A stretch of DNA of 64,000 nucleotides, from NCBI GenBank assembly GCA_051294905.1, contig CM119371.1, positions 33,916,001 through 33,980,000 on the forward strand, read 5' to 3'. Positions within the stretch are counted from its first letter, which is position 1; each line of letters starts with the position of its first letter. Positions 24,956 through 37,478 of this stretch are shown one piece after another. A program made the translations under genes and the position numbers. The notes below the pieces were generated by a model. The model made no database searches. It saw nothing but the letters and a program-made list of their open reading frames with translations, and was not told the DNA's origin. The stretch is from Botryllus schlosseri (lineage: Eukaryota).

Positions 24956-26193
24956 AAGAGTTTTCAAGGTATATCATCACCGCAGCCTATACCCGAAAGG
25001 GTGGGGTCATCACCGCGCCCATAAGAAACAATGGCAGGTCACCACCACATAGGGGGTCTAAAAGGGTGGGGTCATCACCCCGGGTTTTCAGGCAGGTCAC
25101 CACCCCGCCCATAAGAACCCCTGCCACCCCCAGAGCGATCTATACTACTACTCATGTTCAAATACACACACGTAAAATGCGATATACAGGACACAATGTG
25201 ATGTAATGAACAGAACAGACATTAGGATGCCGAAACACCATAGTATCTCAATGCGGTTTCCACCTCAGCTTCGTGTAGGTTCGATCTTGATCTTGTCGCG
25301 TCTTCCATTTTCAGACAGCCCTTACTTTCTTGTTTTCATTCGATTCTTTGTTCCGGTATAGAGATTGTAGGATTGTACAATCTCTATAGTTCCGGTCCTT
25401 CAACTAGTCTTTCTCTGCGCTTATCGACGACTTAGGACCGAGTAACACTGGGCTAAAGTAGCCCAGATAATCCTCTGGTAATTGAACCCAAGCCGCTAGC
25501 GTTGTAGGCGGTGGTAGTCACCATTACGCTAGAGTTCCCTTGTTTGGATATTAGTAGAGATAGGTAACCAGCGACAGTATTATGTTCCGGTAATATACAG
25601 CGATAAACTAAACACGCAAAAACGCAGCCGAGCCGAAGTCCGTCAACTCAGCAGCGCCAGTATATGCTGGCGGGTGGCGGCGCATGATTACGTCACACAT
25701 CAGATGCTGACGGTGCTTAGTTACGTAACACAGTTCCGGACGAATAGCCTGGACTATAGGCTGCGGGCTATTCATCCGGTTCCGGACGAATAGCCACTGC
25801 ATTTGAGCAAAGGGTGGAGCGAAGCTTGTTGTGCTCGAAGAAAGTGGACACGGTCGTTGAAGATTCCTAGGAATGCTGATTCGGATACGTATCGTAAAAG
25901 GTGCAGTACTACATAGTATTCGTTACCGTGAATATAACTGTGCACACCACCGGGATGACATTGATTTCATGATTGAAATTCTTCATTCGCCGCATTCTCT
26001 GTTCTATTTTGGGATGTTAGTCGACCTATATACTGACCTGTGACACCACATACTCTGCCGCGGAGTAGTTGAAACTGTTGGCATGTTTATGTCATTTTTG
26101 GGCCATAGCATAGAGATATTTCCATCCACTGCTGGATTTGTTTGGCACACATGCCACCTCAAATGAGGAACCTTCTGCTTCAATACATAAGAT

Positions 26194-27867
26194 CACTGGC
26201 GTAGCCAGGGGGGGGGGGCGAAAGGGGCGGTCGCCCCCCCCCCCCAAATTTTTTGAAAATTTTCGAAAAATCAATAGATATTAGAGTATTTTTGGGCAAA
26301 TGTATGCAAACTCACATTTTTCTTCGCGCTTCGCGCGATTTAGTGTCCGTTGATTTTGTTATCGGTATCACGAAAAAAATATATTCCGCAAATACCCATT
26401 ATTGAATTTAGCTGCATTCTCAATTATGAGAATACAACAGTACCAGTAGATACACTAGACTAGCCCGAGGTCGTTGGGTTGATTGAGTCTGTAGGAGTGT
26501 CAGTTCAGTATGGGGGTTGCGGACTGTTAGCTCCGGCAACTTCCGTTCCGGGACACACGAAGATATATAAAGTATGCTACATGCTACTCCGCAAAGTGCG
26601 CTCCCAAAATGATTGACCACCATAAAACCGACCCATGTATTCCGAAGCCTTCGATATAGATTTTCGGGTGCCTAAATGGCTGGCGCCGAATGATCCTGTC
26701 CCTGCAATCAGACCGCTCCAACATAAACGCAACTGGCACAGGGAAAAATCAACACCTCCCGTTAAAAATTGCTAATTTGAAATTGAACGAGTCTGATCAA
26801 AGGAGTTTTTTAATTTGGTATGGTATGTATCAGCGATTTCAATCTTTAAAGTATAGCGTCATTCTCTACCAGAGGTTACGAACAAAGTAATAAGAATGGA
26901 CATCACTTGCTCATATAGACGTACCAATATTATTGATCAAATTCTTTCATTTATTCAAAAAAAATTTCCGCTCCGCGCGACTAGTGCCAAAATTCACACT
27001 GATTGTTCATCACTTTATGTCAGCGATTTGGGCTCATCCGTACAACGACCGCCTAATAAGCTATAGTTGGCAACTGGAAGCTTCCATAGGGTATGTGTGT
27101 GTGTGCGTCTAAGAATCGTATGTATAAAGGGTAGTGATGAAATTGCCTATGGCAGGATGTACGGTTCTGCGAGATGTTCCCACGGAGAGCTCCCCTAAAG
27201 TCATAAATCCCCCCCCCCCCAAACAAAATAAAAATAAATTGTTTTTCTGGCTTGGACCTTGCGTGTGCTCGATCTCTTGAGTGGTGACAGCTTTCTACGC
27301 AAGTCATGAAGTAACAGCAATAAATGACAAATGTCCCATCCGGCGTCCACCCTCTAGAACAGGGGCGGCCTACCCTACCTATCAACATTCAAGTGGCCCG
27401 CGCAATGGTTCGTGAGTCTCATGTGGCCCTTTGGCCACCCTGCTCTAGAAACTCTAAATAGTCTTGCCGTGTGTTATGAACATATAGCTCAAGATGTATA
27501 TTTAATTGCCCCCTGAATGTTTGATGACACCACTTCTATCAGCCCTGCCGGCAAATCTGATAATGAAAACGTATTTGCAATATGCAAAGACCAATATAAT
27601 GAACAAATTTCATTCATTAACCATGAAAAATTTTCGCGATTCGCGCGAAAGTGTTGTCGTCCTGGTTTTCCACAATCATCATTTGAACACATCCGTCTGT
27701 GAGTGGAATATATATAACGATCGCCCCAGATCTTGTGTTAATCATCCAATAAGTGCCAAAGTCCATCGATTTTACCTATTTTTTCCTTATCTTTAAGGGG
27801 GGGGGGGTCATTTACGTCATCGAATTTTTCGCCCCCCCCCCAAATATTTTTTCTGGCTACGCCCTTG
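26194..27867. mobile_element. hAT-type MITE
   Basis: cactggcgtagccag / ctggctacgcccttg ends, 8-bp TSD cataagat. Confidence 0.85.
27360..27442. mobile_element. 83-bp mini hAT-type element
   Basis: caggggcggcc / ggccaccctg ends, 8-bp TSD ctctagaa. Confidence 0.8.
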
Positions 27868-29848
27868 CATAAGATGAGTGGTTCTTAACCTGGGGAACGC
27901 AAGGAATTGACTAAGTCTGTTTGAATTCCGACTAAACATGTGTTTCGCAGCCATTTTCAGAAGACGATTGTTGAAGAAGAAACTTATTTCGTATTCAAGA
28001 AAGCTCGCCAAATTCAAACTCCAGCAGTCGCGCTCAACTTCATTTAAGCAAATTTTTGATATTCTTTGAAGATTTAGAGGAATTCCCACATGTAAGTCAT
28101 TTATTACTTCATAGCTTTGGCAGTAGCTAAGCTCGTTGTGCTGGGTAGCTGTTGTTAATAGCTGGCGAACTGCACTGCTTAAGACAGACTTAGATGCAAT
28201 ATAGGTTGCTCGGTTTCGCCCTCAATTAAGCTACCCTATATCAACACAATTTAATTCAATTCCAAAACTGATCAAATTGAGCATGGCAGTACAGAACGAC
28301 AACTTGTTCTCTGTAGTCACTACCAGCATTAGGATTAGTCTCAGTGCAACCTACCTTGAAACAAATTGATGTCTTGTCCAATGTTTTTTTGCTATTTTCA
28401 AACAAGTTTTGAGAAATTTGTCAAAAATGTTAAAGACTGGAAAACGGATTCTAACTTGGCGTAAGACATACCATATGTATACTATTGGATCAGGGATGGG
28501 CAACCTGCTGCCGTAGATGGGAAATTTGTGCGGCCGTCAACACCTAATTCAATTAGTATGTGTTAGCATCCGTCGACATGCAAATTGAAATTACTAATTC
28601 ACCCCCAATTTTTTTGAAGATTTTAATTATTCTTGAAATTTTCTTCGCGCTCCACGTAATTCATCATAACCTAATTTTTCGATTCTAATATAGTAGCACC
28701 CTTCTAAATCTGAGCAGGAATCAGAATCGTGTGCTCCTCACGAAAGAAAATTTTTTATGGTACATTTGGGCGATTTCAATATATTTCCACTACCAATACG
28801 ATGGACAATCCTGATCAGGGGTCAAGAAATTACAGTATACAATAAAGTGCATGACTAATAATAATTGGCCCACACGAAGATGCATTATCATTTATAACTT
28901 GCCCGCTGCATTTGATAAAGTAAGTCTTGAATCTCTGCTATGTCATGTAAAAGGCGGAGCCCTCACCACAATATGTACCAGTACCGGTACTTCCAAAATT
29001 GTTATGTTTTTGTTACCCTATTTGTCTTAGTAGTCTTTATAATGTCATATTAGGGACTTTGCTTAATATAGCGACTTGAATTCGTTTTAGTGGAACTGCA
29101 AGAAACTAGCTACACAGAAGGAATGAGGTCGAGAAAAAGAAACAATTGGAAGTTTGGCCAATGGTTGGAGACCACTCGTGTTACTGCATGTCTCCTAAAG
29201 AAGAATTAGCAGCAATACTTCCATCGATAATCTTCTCATCGTGAATCATGAATGAATATACAGTTTGTTCCAATGTCGTTTTGGGGTGTGAAGAAGCTTT
29301 TGCGATATTTTAGCATAGGGTTGCTTTGCGATAGGTATTGGATGTACGTGAATTTACAAGCTGGTATGTAATCCTGATTTACACAGACAGCATGTATGTA
29401 GGTAGGCGGTAAAATTACAGTCTGAGTGGCAAATATACAGGGTAAAATGTAGATTGGATATACCAGAGGTGACTGTAACATTACAGGCTGGCGTGTAAAG
29501 TGAGATTACCGGACGAGTGTAAGTTAAATTTACATTGACTAACGGTAATATTAAATTACCACGAAATGTCTGGCTACCGTGCTTCCAAACATTTCGTGGT
29601 AAATCGAGTTTTTTTTTTACAGTGCAGTGACTCATCACAGACCTCGCTCTCACGCTCCGCTGCGAAATACCTTTCCACTTCATTTAGTTATATATTTTTA
29701 GCGGTCTTTGGTCATGATGCCGTTGAGAGCATGAAAGGGGACAAGCCTGTGTTAACTATCTCTATTTCTTCGCTGCTGTTCGTAGCTGTTTTGATCGAAA
29801 CTAGAATGTTGTTCGCAGACTACAAGCTATTATGCCAACATACCTACT

Positions 29849-30171
29849 CTTTCAATACAACATCCATTGTAGCAGTATATTTATTAAACTCGAAGACTTT
29901 TCGGGTGCCTCTTTTCAAGAGTTATCGGCACACTGAAGGGATTTAAACTGATTTAAAAGCAAAACCAAAAAGGCAAAGTATGACGCAATGATTATGATTG
30001 TTTTGTCTGTGATTTTGATTGTTGCGTCATACTTTGCCTTTTTGGTTTTGCTTTTAAATCTGTTTAAATCCCTTCAGTGTGCCGATAACTCTTGAAAAGA
30101 GGCACCCGAAAAGTCTTCGAGTTTAATAAATATACTGCTACAATGGATGTTGTATTAAAAGCTATATTCAA
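29849..30171. mobile_element. Penelope 3'-end (pLTR) remnant arranged as an inverted repeat
   Basis: 29849-29988 is the reverse complement of ~30021-30160, and both arms match the Penelope 3' end at 59858-60022. Confidence 0.88.
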
Positions 30172-31440
30172 GTTCTGTACCACGAACCAGCTATTTAAAT
30201 ACCTATACTCTTCGTCACAATAACTAATATGACTGTACGGTATAAGTAATGCCATGTCGGCGTTGGCACTCGATATTCTTGTTATCTCGCTGCATAACAC
30301 CGCGGACAGAGGCATTTTCAGGAAAACAGTAAATTAGACTAGAAGTAAGAATTAGAGAACAGAAACGTTTAACAAATTAGATTAGAATTACAATTAGATC
30401 ATAGGAATATTTTACAAATTAGAATAGAATTAGAATTATAGAACAGAAACATTTCGCAAATTAGATTAGAATTAGATTACTGGCATTTATCTCTAATTTA
30501 GCGAAATTAGACAACTACAGCTATCTAGATCAGAGGTTCTCAATCCTTTTCACCTCGTGGACAGGTATGATTTGAAAAATATTTGCCGGACCGGTGAACC
30601 TTCAAAATTGAAATCAACCCGAAATTTAACGTATACAGCCGTTTTTGCTAGCATATGGTGCTGGAGAGTGACATTTTGAGGGTTTTGATCGTAGTTAATT
30701 ATGTTCAAGATGGCATCCATATGATTTTACGGTAGTGATTCTGCCGAGTCTAGGTAAAACTGCTTTGCCCAGATAATCGTGCTGCCGCCGATAGTCGTTT
30801 ACTGTCTTCGGAGAGCCGTTTACAGTTTTCACGTCAAATGTCGAGAATTTTATCGACCCCGCTATCTCGAATAATACTCTTCTCTTCGACAATAGCGAGA
30901 GAAGTGTTTCGGAGCCAAACCCATCACCTTGTCGTGCTACCTTGCCAATACCCACTACCACCATGATGTAGCCTACTCTAAATACTACGAATGCAATGCA
31001 CAGCACGAATACACCTGACAACAGCTTAATCTGGCGTTCAGTTTTATAATTCGTTGCTGCATCAGTCAACAATATTGGTAATTGCATATATATGGCTATA
31101 AATTTGTTATCTTCTCAGTATTATCAGATTTTCCGGTAGACCTGTGTGAGGTATCGTCTTAGAAAATGTAGGGCAGATAGCGTAGTGGTATAATCCACAG
31201 CGATAGGCGCCGACTTCTGTGTTTGTATGGGGCGGTAGGCGCGTAGCCAGAGGGTGTCGAAACCCCCTACTTTTGAAACGTAAAACCCTTTTGAAATGAC
31301 GATTCTGACGCTAATATTCAGTTGCAATTCAACAAGTCGTATTATAAGTGTTACGCGCTTTTTGGTGCTTTCATTTCAAAGTGCAGTATTACCGAAAAGT
31401 ATATATATCGACTTTTCAATTAGATAAATAAAAATGAAAA

Positions 31441-34400
31441 GGGCAAAAGAAAACAGGAAACAAAAAAACATCAAGATAATCAGTTTTAGGCTCGTAGTAA
31501 GCGTCTCCAACGTAGGCGGTCGTGGGCGTCTTCAAGCGACAGCCCGCGTTGCGCTAGGTCAGTCTCCATTGTCGAGCGCCATGTTTTCCGATTCCAGCCA
31601 CCTCTGCGCCATGGCTCCGTCGGAATGTGATTGATGATGGCGGCGGCTGGTTGCTCGTCTTGATGCCGCACTAGATGGCCGATTAGGCGGAAGCGTCGTT
31701 CAGCTGCCAGTAGACGGCATGGGACCGTTCCTGTGAGCTCTCGCAATGCATTCGTGGATATATGCTCCGGATGGTGAATGCCGAGTGCATAGCGGAGGAG
31801 TGCGTCATAGTTAGCGTTGAGCGTCTTAGCCAGCTTCTCTGTCAGCGTGAGTGCCTCTATTCCGTAGAGAAGAACCTGCTCGACAGTGGCACGGAAGATA
31901 CGGGTCTTGAGCTGGGTTGAGGCACTTGAATGGAAGAGGCTATGTAGCCGTCTTGCCGCGCCCCAGGCCTTTGCTCGCCTCGCCTTGAGCGCTTTTCCAG
32001 AGTCGGCGACGTCAATACCGAGGTACACAAAACTCGTTACATACTTGAGATCGATTTCTCCCAGTTGAATCGGTGTCGCGTTCTTCGGTAGAGCTGGTAT
32101 GGCCAGAACCTCAGTCTTCTTGGCGTTGATCTGGAGTCCAACGAGAACGGCGGCGGCCTCTAGCTGGTTAATGAGGCGCTGTGCCGATGCCGTGTTCGGG
32201 GCAAGCAAGGCTAGGTCGTCTGCGTAGGCAAGAATACCTACGTGTATTGCCTCGCGAGTCGTACGCGTGCGCGTTCCTTGCCGTGGCCGCCATTCAAAGA
32301 AGTTCGTATTATCCGGGAAGGCTGTTCGCAGGACGAAGTCAAGGATGACCACGAACAGGAATGGTGCCAGAGTGTCACCTTGAAGCACACCAGCCGAAGT
32401 GTTGAAATCTCCGCTGGGGCCGTCATCTGTTCGGACTCGCGCTCGTGTGTCAGTGTAGAGGGCCATAATGGCGTACGTTATCACCTCAGGAATTCCGTAG
32501 AATCTGAGGATCTCTGCCATGGCTGGGCGCGAGACCGAGTCGAAGGCTTTCGCGAAATCAACGAAGACGGCCACAACATTCTTTTTGCGTGAGCGACAGG
32601 TGTCAATGATTGTGCGCAGTGCCAGGATGTGCTCTGTAGTACCGCGAGATGGTCGAAATCCATTCTAAGCATTCAGGAGCTTGGTAGAGAGTTGCTCACG
32701 TATGCGAAGGAGCAATACTCGGTCGAACAACTTGGCAGCGGTCTGCATCAGGGAGATGCCTCTGTAGTTCGCTGGGTCACTCGCAGCGCCTTTCTTGTAG
32801 ATAGGGACGATTTCGCTCTCGAGCCACTCAGAGGGCACCGGGCCGCCTTCTAGGACGCCAATCATGACGTCGAGGAGCACAATTGCAACGCCCGAGGTGT
32901 AAGCTGCTGTTGGGATGCCGTCCGTACCGGTGGCCTTGAATTGTGGTACTCCACGCATGGCTGTCTTGAGCTCACCTAGCGTGATCAGGGCTGTATTGAT
33001 CGCTAGAGGATTTGCTGCTAGTGAAGGCGGTGCAACGAGCACATCGATGTCCGGTGCCGGTGTAGATAACAGGGTCTCGAAGTGTGCAGCGAGGTCTTCC
33101 GTACAGGCCTTCACGCGGGCCCTCTTGAAGCCAACTAGTTCACCGATGGCTTTCCAGGCTGCTCTTGATTGGCCTGTTTCCAACTCGTTTTCCACGGAAA
33201 GGGCAATAGCTTCGACTCGTTCCTTGCGAGCTGCGTCGTAAACGTTTGCAAGGTACAGAGCTGCCTCGTTAGCATCGCTATGTGCGTCCAGTGTTCCAGA
33301 GGTGTATACGCAGCACGTCTGAGAGTCTTAAGGTTACGGCGTGCACTGAGCACTGTTGGGTCGGATTCCCAGGCTAATTTTGGCCGTGGCTTGCTACGGG
33401 CCTCACCGAGCGTTTCACGGGCTGCATCCTTGACTGCTGCTACAAGTGGCGCAAAGGCGGTCGGTATAGTATTTTGGATCTCGAGGGCGTGGAGTGTGTG
33501 CATGGTAAAGACATTCATCTTATTTGCGTCCTTGAGATCGAACCAATTTGATAGCGGCTCCTTCGGTGTGCGCTTCGGGACGAACGGGAGTTGTTCACGA
33601 AGCGTGGCCAACACCAAGCGATGGTCACTGCTGATCGTTAGCATGCGCACCGTTCGGCAGTTCGTGAAATGGCGCCGTGCGGGAGCATTGCAGCAGATAT
33701 AATCCAGCCGTGTGTTGCGTTGGCGCATACCGTCAAATGTCGTCCTACGCTTCGGCTTCATAGAGAAGTTGGCGTTGAGAGGAATGAGGTCACAGCGGTC
33801 GAGTAGATTAGTAAAATGCTCCGAGTTGCTGTTCTCGTTGCCAACTGGGAAGCGAACTCGCTGCGAGCGCTCGGCCAATGTGGCATTCATGTCCCCAAGC
33901 AGCATGGTTATGTCGCGCTGCGGGTAAGTTGATAGAATGCCTTCTAGTTGGTCGTAGAAAGCGAGCGTATCAGCTGGGAAGGCAGTGGTGTTCGGAGAAG
34001 TTGGTCCATACGCACACACGATGGTGCAGTTTGCGGCGACGGAGTTGAATGCTGGCTGTGATAATGCGGCTCTTTATAACGTCAATCTTTGCCTCAGCGT
34101 GGAAACGCTGGGATAAGATTAGACCGACGCCTCCAACTCCGCCTTGGTTGGCAGGTGATTGGATCATGATGATGCCTGCGCCTAGGTCTTTTTCGCGGAA
34201 TGGTTCAGTGAAGTGTAGGCGATGTTCTTGGATTGCCAACGCATCAAGTTTGAGGTCAGTCACAAGTGCGGCAGCTTCTTCCTGACGCCATACAGAGTTC
34301 AAAGTTCTCGTGTTCAGAGTTCCGAGTTTAACTTTTGCATTTAGGCTAATCCTGAGGGATCTTGGTTGAGGCTTCGGGTCCCCGGCGCCGCCCGGCAGAT

Positions 34401-34615
34401 CCCAGTCTTTCTGTTGATATTGTCCAACTCGGCGAGTACGCAGTAACTTTAAGGTAGTAAAGTCTTCGTCGCACTTTGCGACTTGGTCTACTCTGTTCTT
34501 TACTGCCTATACTGCGCAGCACGTCCAAGCTGTACGTAATCATGACAAGCAATCAGCTAGCGGAGCGAGAAATACACGTCTGCACTCGGCGACTGACTAA
34601 AGCGACCGAGAAGTA
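31441..34615 (-). mobile_element. RTE-like non-LTR retrotransposon (APE + RT), near full length, with frameshifts and a stop
   Basis: GTLNTRTL...AIQEHR, CAYGPT, LGDMNA, RLDYI, SDHRLV (APE); NYRGISL, FVDFAKAFDSV, GVLQGDTLAPFLF, LAYADDL (RT). Ends approximate. Confidence 0.9.
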
Positions 34616-36257
34616 ACATAACATAAAAAGAAAAATGCATAAGTGCTTGTCAGATATGTACGTATCTTATCTTAAGCGGTTGAATATTGTAGGCATATAT
34701 ATTTTTATTGCGCTCCTGTATGAATATTTGGTATTACTATATTCGCGCGCGTCGGTTCGGTATGGCGTTTTTTCATCACAGTCATTGGATATTTGATTTA
34801 ACTTTCTTTTTTATTGTTTCCTTGAGATCGTTTATTTCTTCGGCCGTCAAATATTGGTTGATAATGTCCATATGTCTTTTGAATTTCCATATTTCGCATT
34901 TTGCGCTCGTATATGTCACTGTTGAGGATTTCCAGTGTGGACCGGAGTATATGTTTTGTATGCTCGCTCTTCGGTTATATCAGGGGCGGGCAACATACGG
35001 CCGGATCCGGCCCGCAACGGGATTTTCTCCGGCACGCGGAGAGCTTCCCGTCTTGCATGAGGATGTGGGCAACAGCCCAAGTCTGCCGAGATTCCCCACT
35101 ACATGCTATAACTAGGTCAAATATTAGCGACTTCTTATTTTCTTATTATATACGTGTGTGCGCAGCGTGCGAGAGCGGAGATTACGCGTAGGTTCGTCGA
35201 AGCGAGAAGACTTGCATTATCGGCCTTTACGATGTAGGCTATACCCAACCCTAATGTTATTTGTGGTAATTATGGTGTTTGTCGACTACAACGGTGATTT
35301 ACACCAGGCCGATATTTCTTATTTTTGATTCCGAAACCGCTGACTTGTAGCACGGCCGATTTAGTGAGTCAGCTTGTATTGGTCGTTTGCATGTCGTCAA
35401 ATGACATGTCTTGAACTCCAAGTCAAATAGAACATGTTTCCAGACCTAATGTTACCGCACGAAGTTCAGAATCTCTTCACAATTTGATGCTTTATTCATT
35501 GTATTATTGGACAGGTCTTCAACATATTGCACCTTGAAATTAAGGTATAAAATTCTAATATACCTGGCGGACCGGCAGGAAAGTCGTCGCGGACCGGCGA
35601 TTGAAAACTAGTGATTTAGTTGTCTAAGTCTGCTTTTGAGCAACAGCACTCTTTATAGGAGATCACGAAATAACGACATGCTTTAACAAACGATTCATTT
35701 TATCGCTGTCGTTGAGGTGTTTTCAACTGATCAAAATTTCAATAAATGATTGAGTGGATGGCAACATGCGATCTATTCATATTTCTCATTACTAGGGCGA
35801 TTTTTTTTTGACATGTCAAAAAAAGTCAAAATAAGGTCAAAATTCTAGCGTTAGGTCAAAAAATGTCAAAATTGTTCAAAAAGACAAGATTTTTTGCAAC
35901 CTGCAATTCATTTGTATCGTAGAATTTGCACAATCGGTGAACTTATCGTTTGACATTTCACAGCTTGTAGCCTACTTCATAGGCCTACCGTTGCAGACAG
36001 CGCATTGTCTGCTCATTGTGAATCATAAACAGTCAAATGAAATAAATAGGTTGACACGATGTTATGTTCAACGTACCGCAATATCCTAAGTGAAGCAAGA
36101 CTGCGCGGGCATTGCATGGTTCTTACATCTGTATGAAAAATTGAGATGTACACCATTGTCAGAATGTAGCAACACGGTGTGTCACCAGCAGTGTACGCAC
36201 GCACAACTTCATTGTTGTCAGCCAACAGCTGCTACAGTTGAACGTTCTTTCTCCATT

Positions 36258-36543
36258 CTTCTTGTTGTTGTTTGTATATTCATGGTGTTTGTCGACTACA
36301 ATGGTCATTTACACCAGGTCAATATTCCTTATTTTCGATTCCGTATCCGCCGAGTATCTGCCAACTTGTAGCACGGCCCACCTATGCTTTTTGTAAGACA
36401 CCGCTTACGCGGTGAGATGACGAGGAACCTAGATAAACCTTCAACACTTGGGTAGTGATTCTGGAGTCGACCTCGGTTGGACTAGAACCCACAACCCATT
36501 GGTGTTGTAGCTGTGGATTATACCACTACGCTATCTCGACACA
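36258..36543 (-). mobile_element. tRNA-derived SINE
   Basis: A/B-box head (tagcgtagtgg, gggttctagtcc), same body as 50175-50457, flanked by tctccatt duplication. Confidence 0.8.
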
Positions 36544-36596
36544 TCTCCATTATTGACAAGCTACTTAGTAAATACAGACACTTTTTACCCGAGAAT

Positions 36597-36632
36597 CAGG
36601 GATATCTGGAACTAGATATGTAGATATCCCTG
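36597..36632. mobile_element. 36-bp minimal hAT-type element
   Basis: 11-bp TIR cagggatatct/agatatccctg, perfect 8-bp TSD ccgagaat. Confidence 0.8.
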
Positions 36633-37432
36633 CCGAGAATGTAGGAAAGTATCTTTCGTTGTACTACAACAAATTTTAATTATTTTCCCCATAGTATGTC
36701 ACGTACTGGAATTCATCATAGGGCCAGATTTTGTTAAAATAATATTTTGTCATGTAAAGATTTGTCAGTTTTTGAGTGAAAAAAGTTTTTTCAGGGCAAA
36801 CTACTTCGTAAGGACAGACAGTTCAAACCAGAAATGAGGATAAGTAGTACAATTCTAACATTTTTTGGGAAAACACCTAATTTGCATACGTTAAGTCAAA
36901 ATATGGTCAAAATTTAGTTTTTTAAGGTCAAAAAATGTCAAAATTCAGATTTTTTAGGTCAAAATCTTTCGTTTTTTATTTCAAAAAAAAATCGCCCTAC
37001 TCATTACTTTTGTCTAGTGCCAGCACAGGCCGATGTCTGAGTTATATTATTGCCTGTATTGAAATCGGATTTCATACTCTATGTCTATAGTACAGTGCGT
37101 TTGAAGTTATTGCGAAAAACGAATGATGGGAAAGCGCGCGTGGTCTTATTGATTGGGCAAGCCTATTTTGAGTATATTCAAAATTTTCAATTGTTTGATA
37201 CCACATTTTGTCGGTTATACCGTCCTATTAGAAAAATGAAACGTCTTGCGTCATCCTACGGGGAGGCATTGACGAAAACGGTTGTTATATTGATGCAAGA
37301 TTGTGATCAGATGGACAGGTCACTGAAAACGGGTGCGCTAATTGCTTAGAAATTCTTTCGTAACGCTCCAACGATCGTTCGCCGGATGTAACTTCATTTA
37401 GTCAGTAGCGCATGCGCGGTAACGTATCAGGT

Positions 37433-37478
37433 GAGAGAGAGAGAGAGAGAGAGAGAGAAAGAAAGAGAGTGAGAGAGA
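37433..37478. repeat. (GA)n microsatellite
   Basis: Direct reading. Confidence 0.9.

Larger units (their letters stand above)
16417..25152. mobile_element. Non-autonomous Polinton/Maverick-like element
   Basis: 195-bp TIRs (16417-16611 / 24958-25152; 2 mismatches seen) starting 5'-AGTAGTAGTA. 6-bp TSD tatgtt/catgtt. GC-rich subterminal repeats and decayed coding-like interior. Confidence 0.75.
15324..25800. mobile_element. Non-autonomous TIR element with 10-bp TSD (Mutator-like by TSD length; ~1.7 kb net)
   Basis: TIR cagtggctattcgtccggaaccggatgaatagcccgcagcc... at both ends, TSD atttgagcaa (15314-15323, 25801-25810). Confidence 0.8.
337..25916. mobile_element. Outermost non-autonomous TIR DNA element (~1.3 kb net, ~245 bp TIRs), split by nested insertions
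   Basis: Left arm (337-542 + 1613-1644) is the imperfect reverse complement of the reconstructed right arm (4957-5062 + 15293-15323 + 25811-25916). TA flanks both ends (335-336, 25917-25918). Ends approximate. Confidence 0.75.
35793..36999. mobile_element. hAT-derived non-autonomous element with a transposase C-terminal remnant
   Basis: TIR tagggcgattttttt, TSD ctcattac. Remnant PTAATVERSFS...LLSKYRHFLPEN..YLSLYYN is split by a SINE and a mini-MITE. Confidence 0.8.

Noticed and set aside
24721..24957. 78-aa ORF
   Set aside because: Spurious frame across the U6 snRNA.
27880..29240. Possible decayed transposase fragments
   Set aside because: Coding-like composition but no motif I can support.
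32242..34285. + strand ORFs over the RTE (and similar antisense ORFs over the hAT, gag and Penelope regions)
   Set aside because: Shadow frames of real coding sequence on the opposite strand.
34340..34615. HDV-like ribozyme in the RTE 5' UTR
   Set aside because: Expected for some RTEs, but I could not build the nested double pseudoknot by eye. Needs an RNAMotif/Infernal search.
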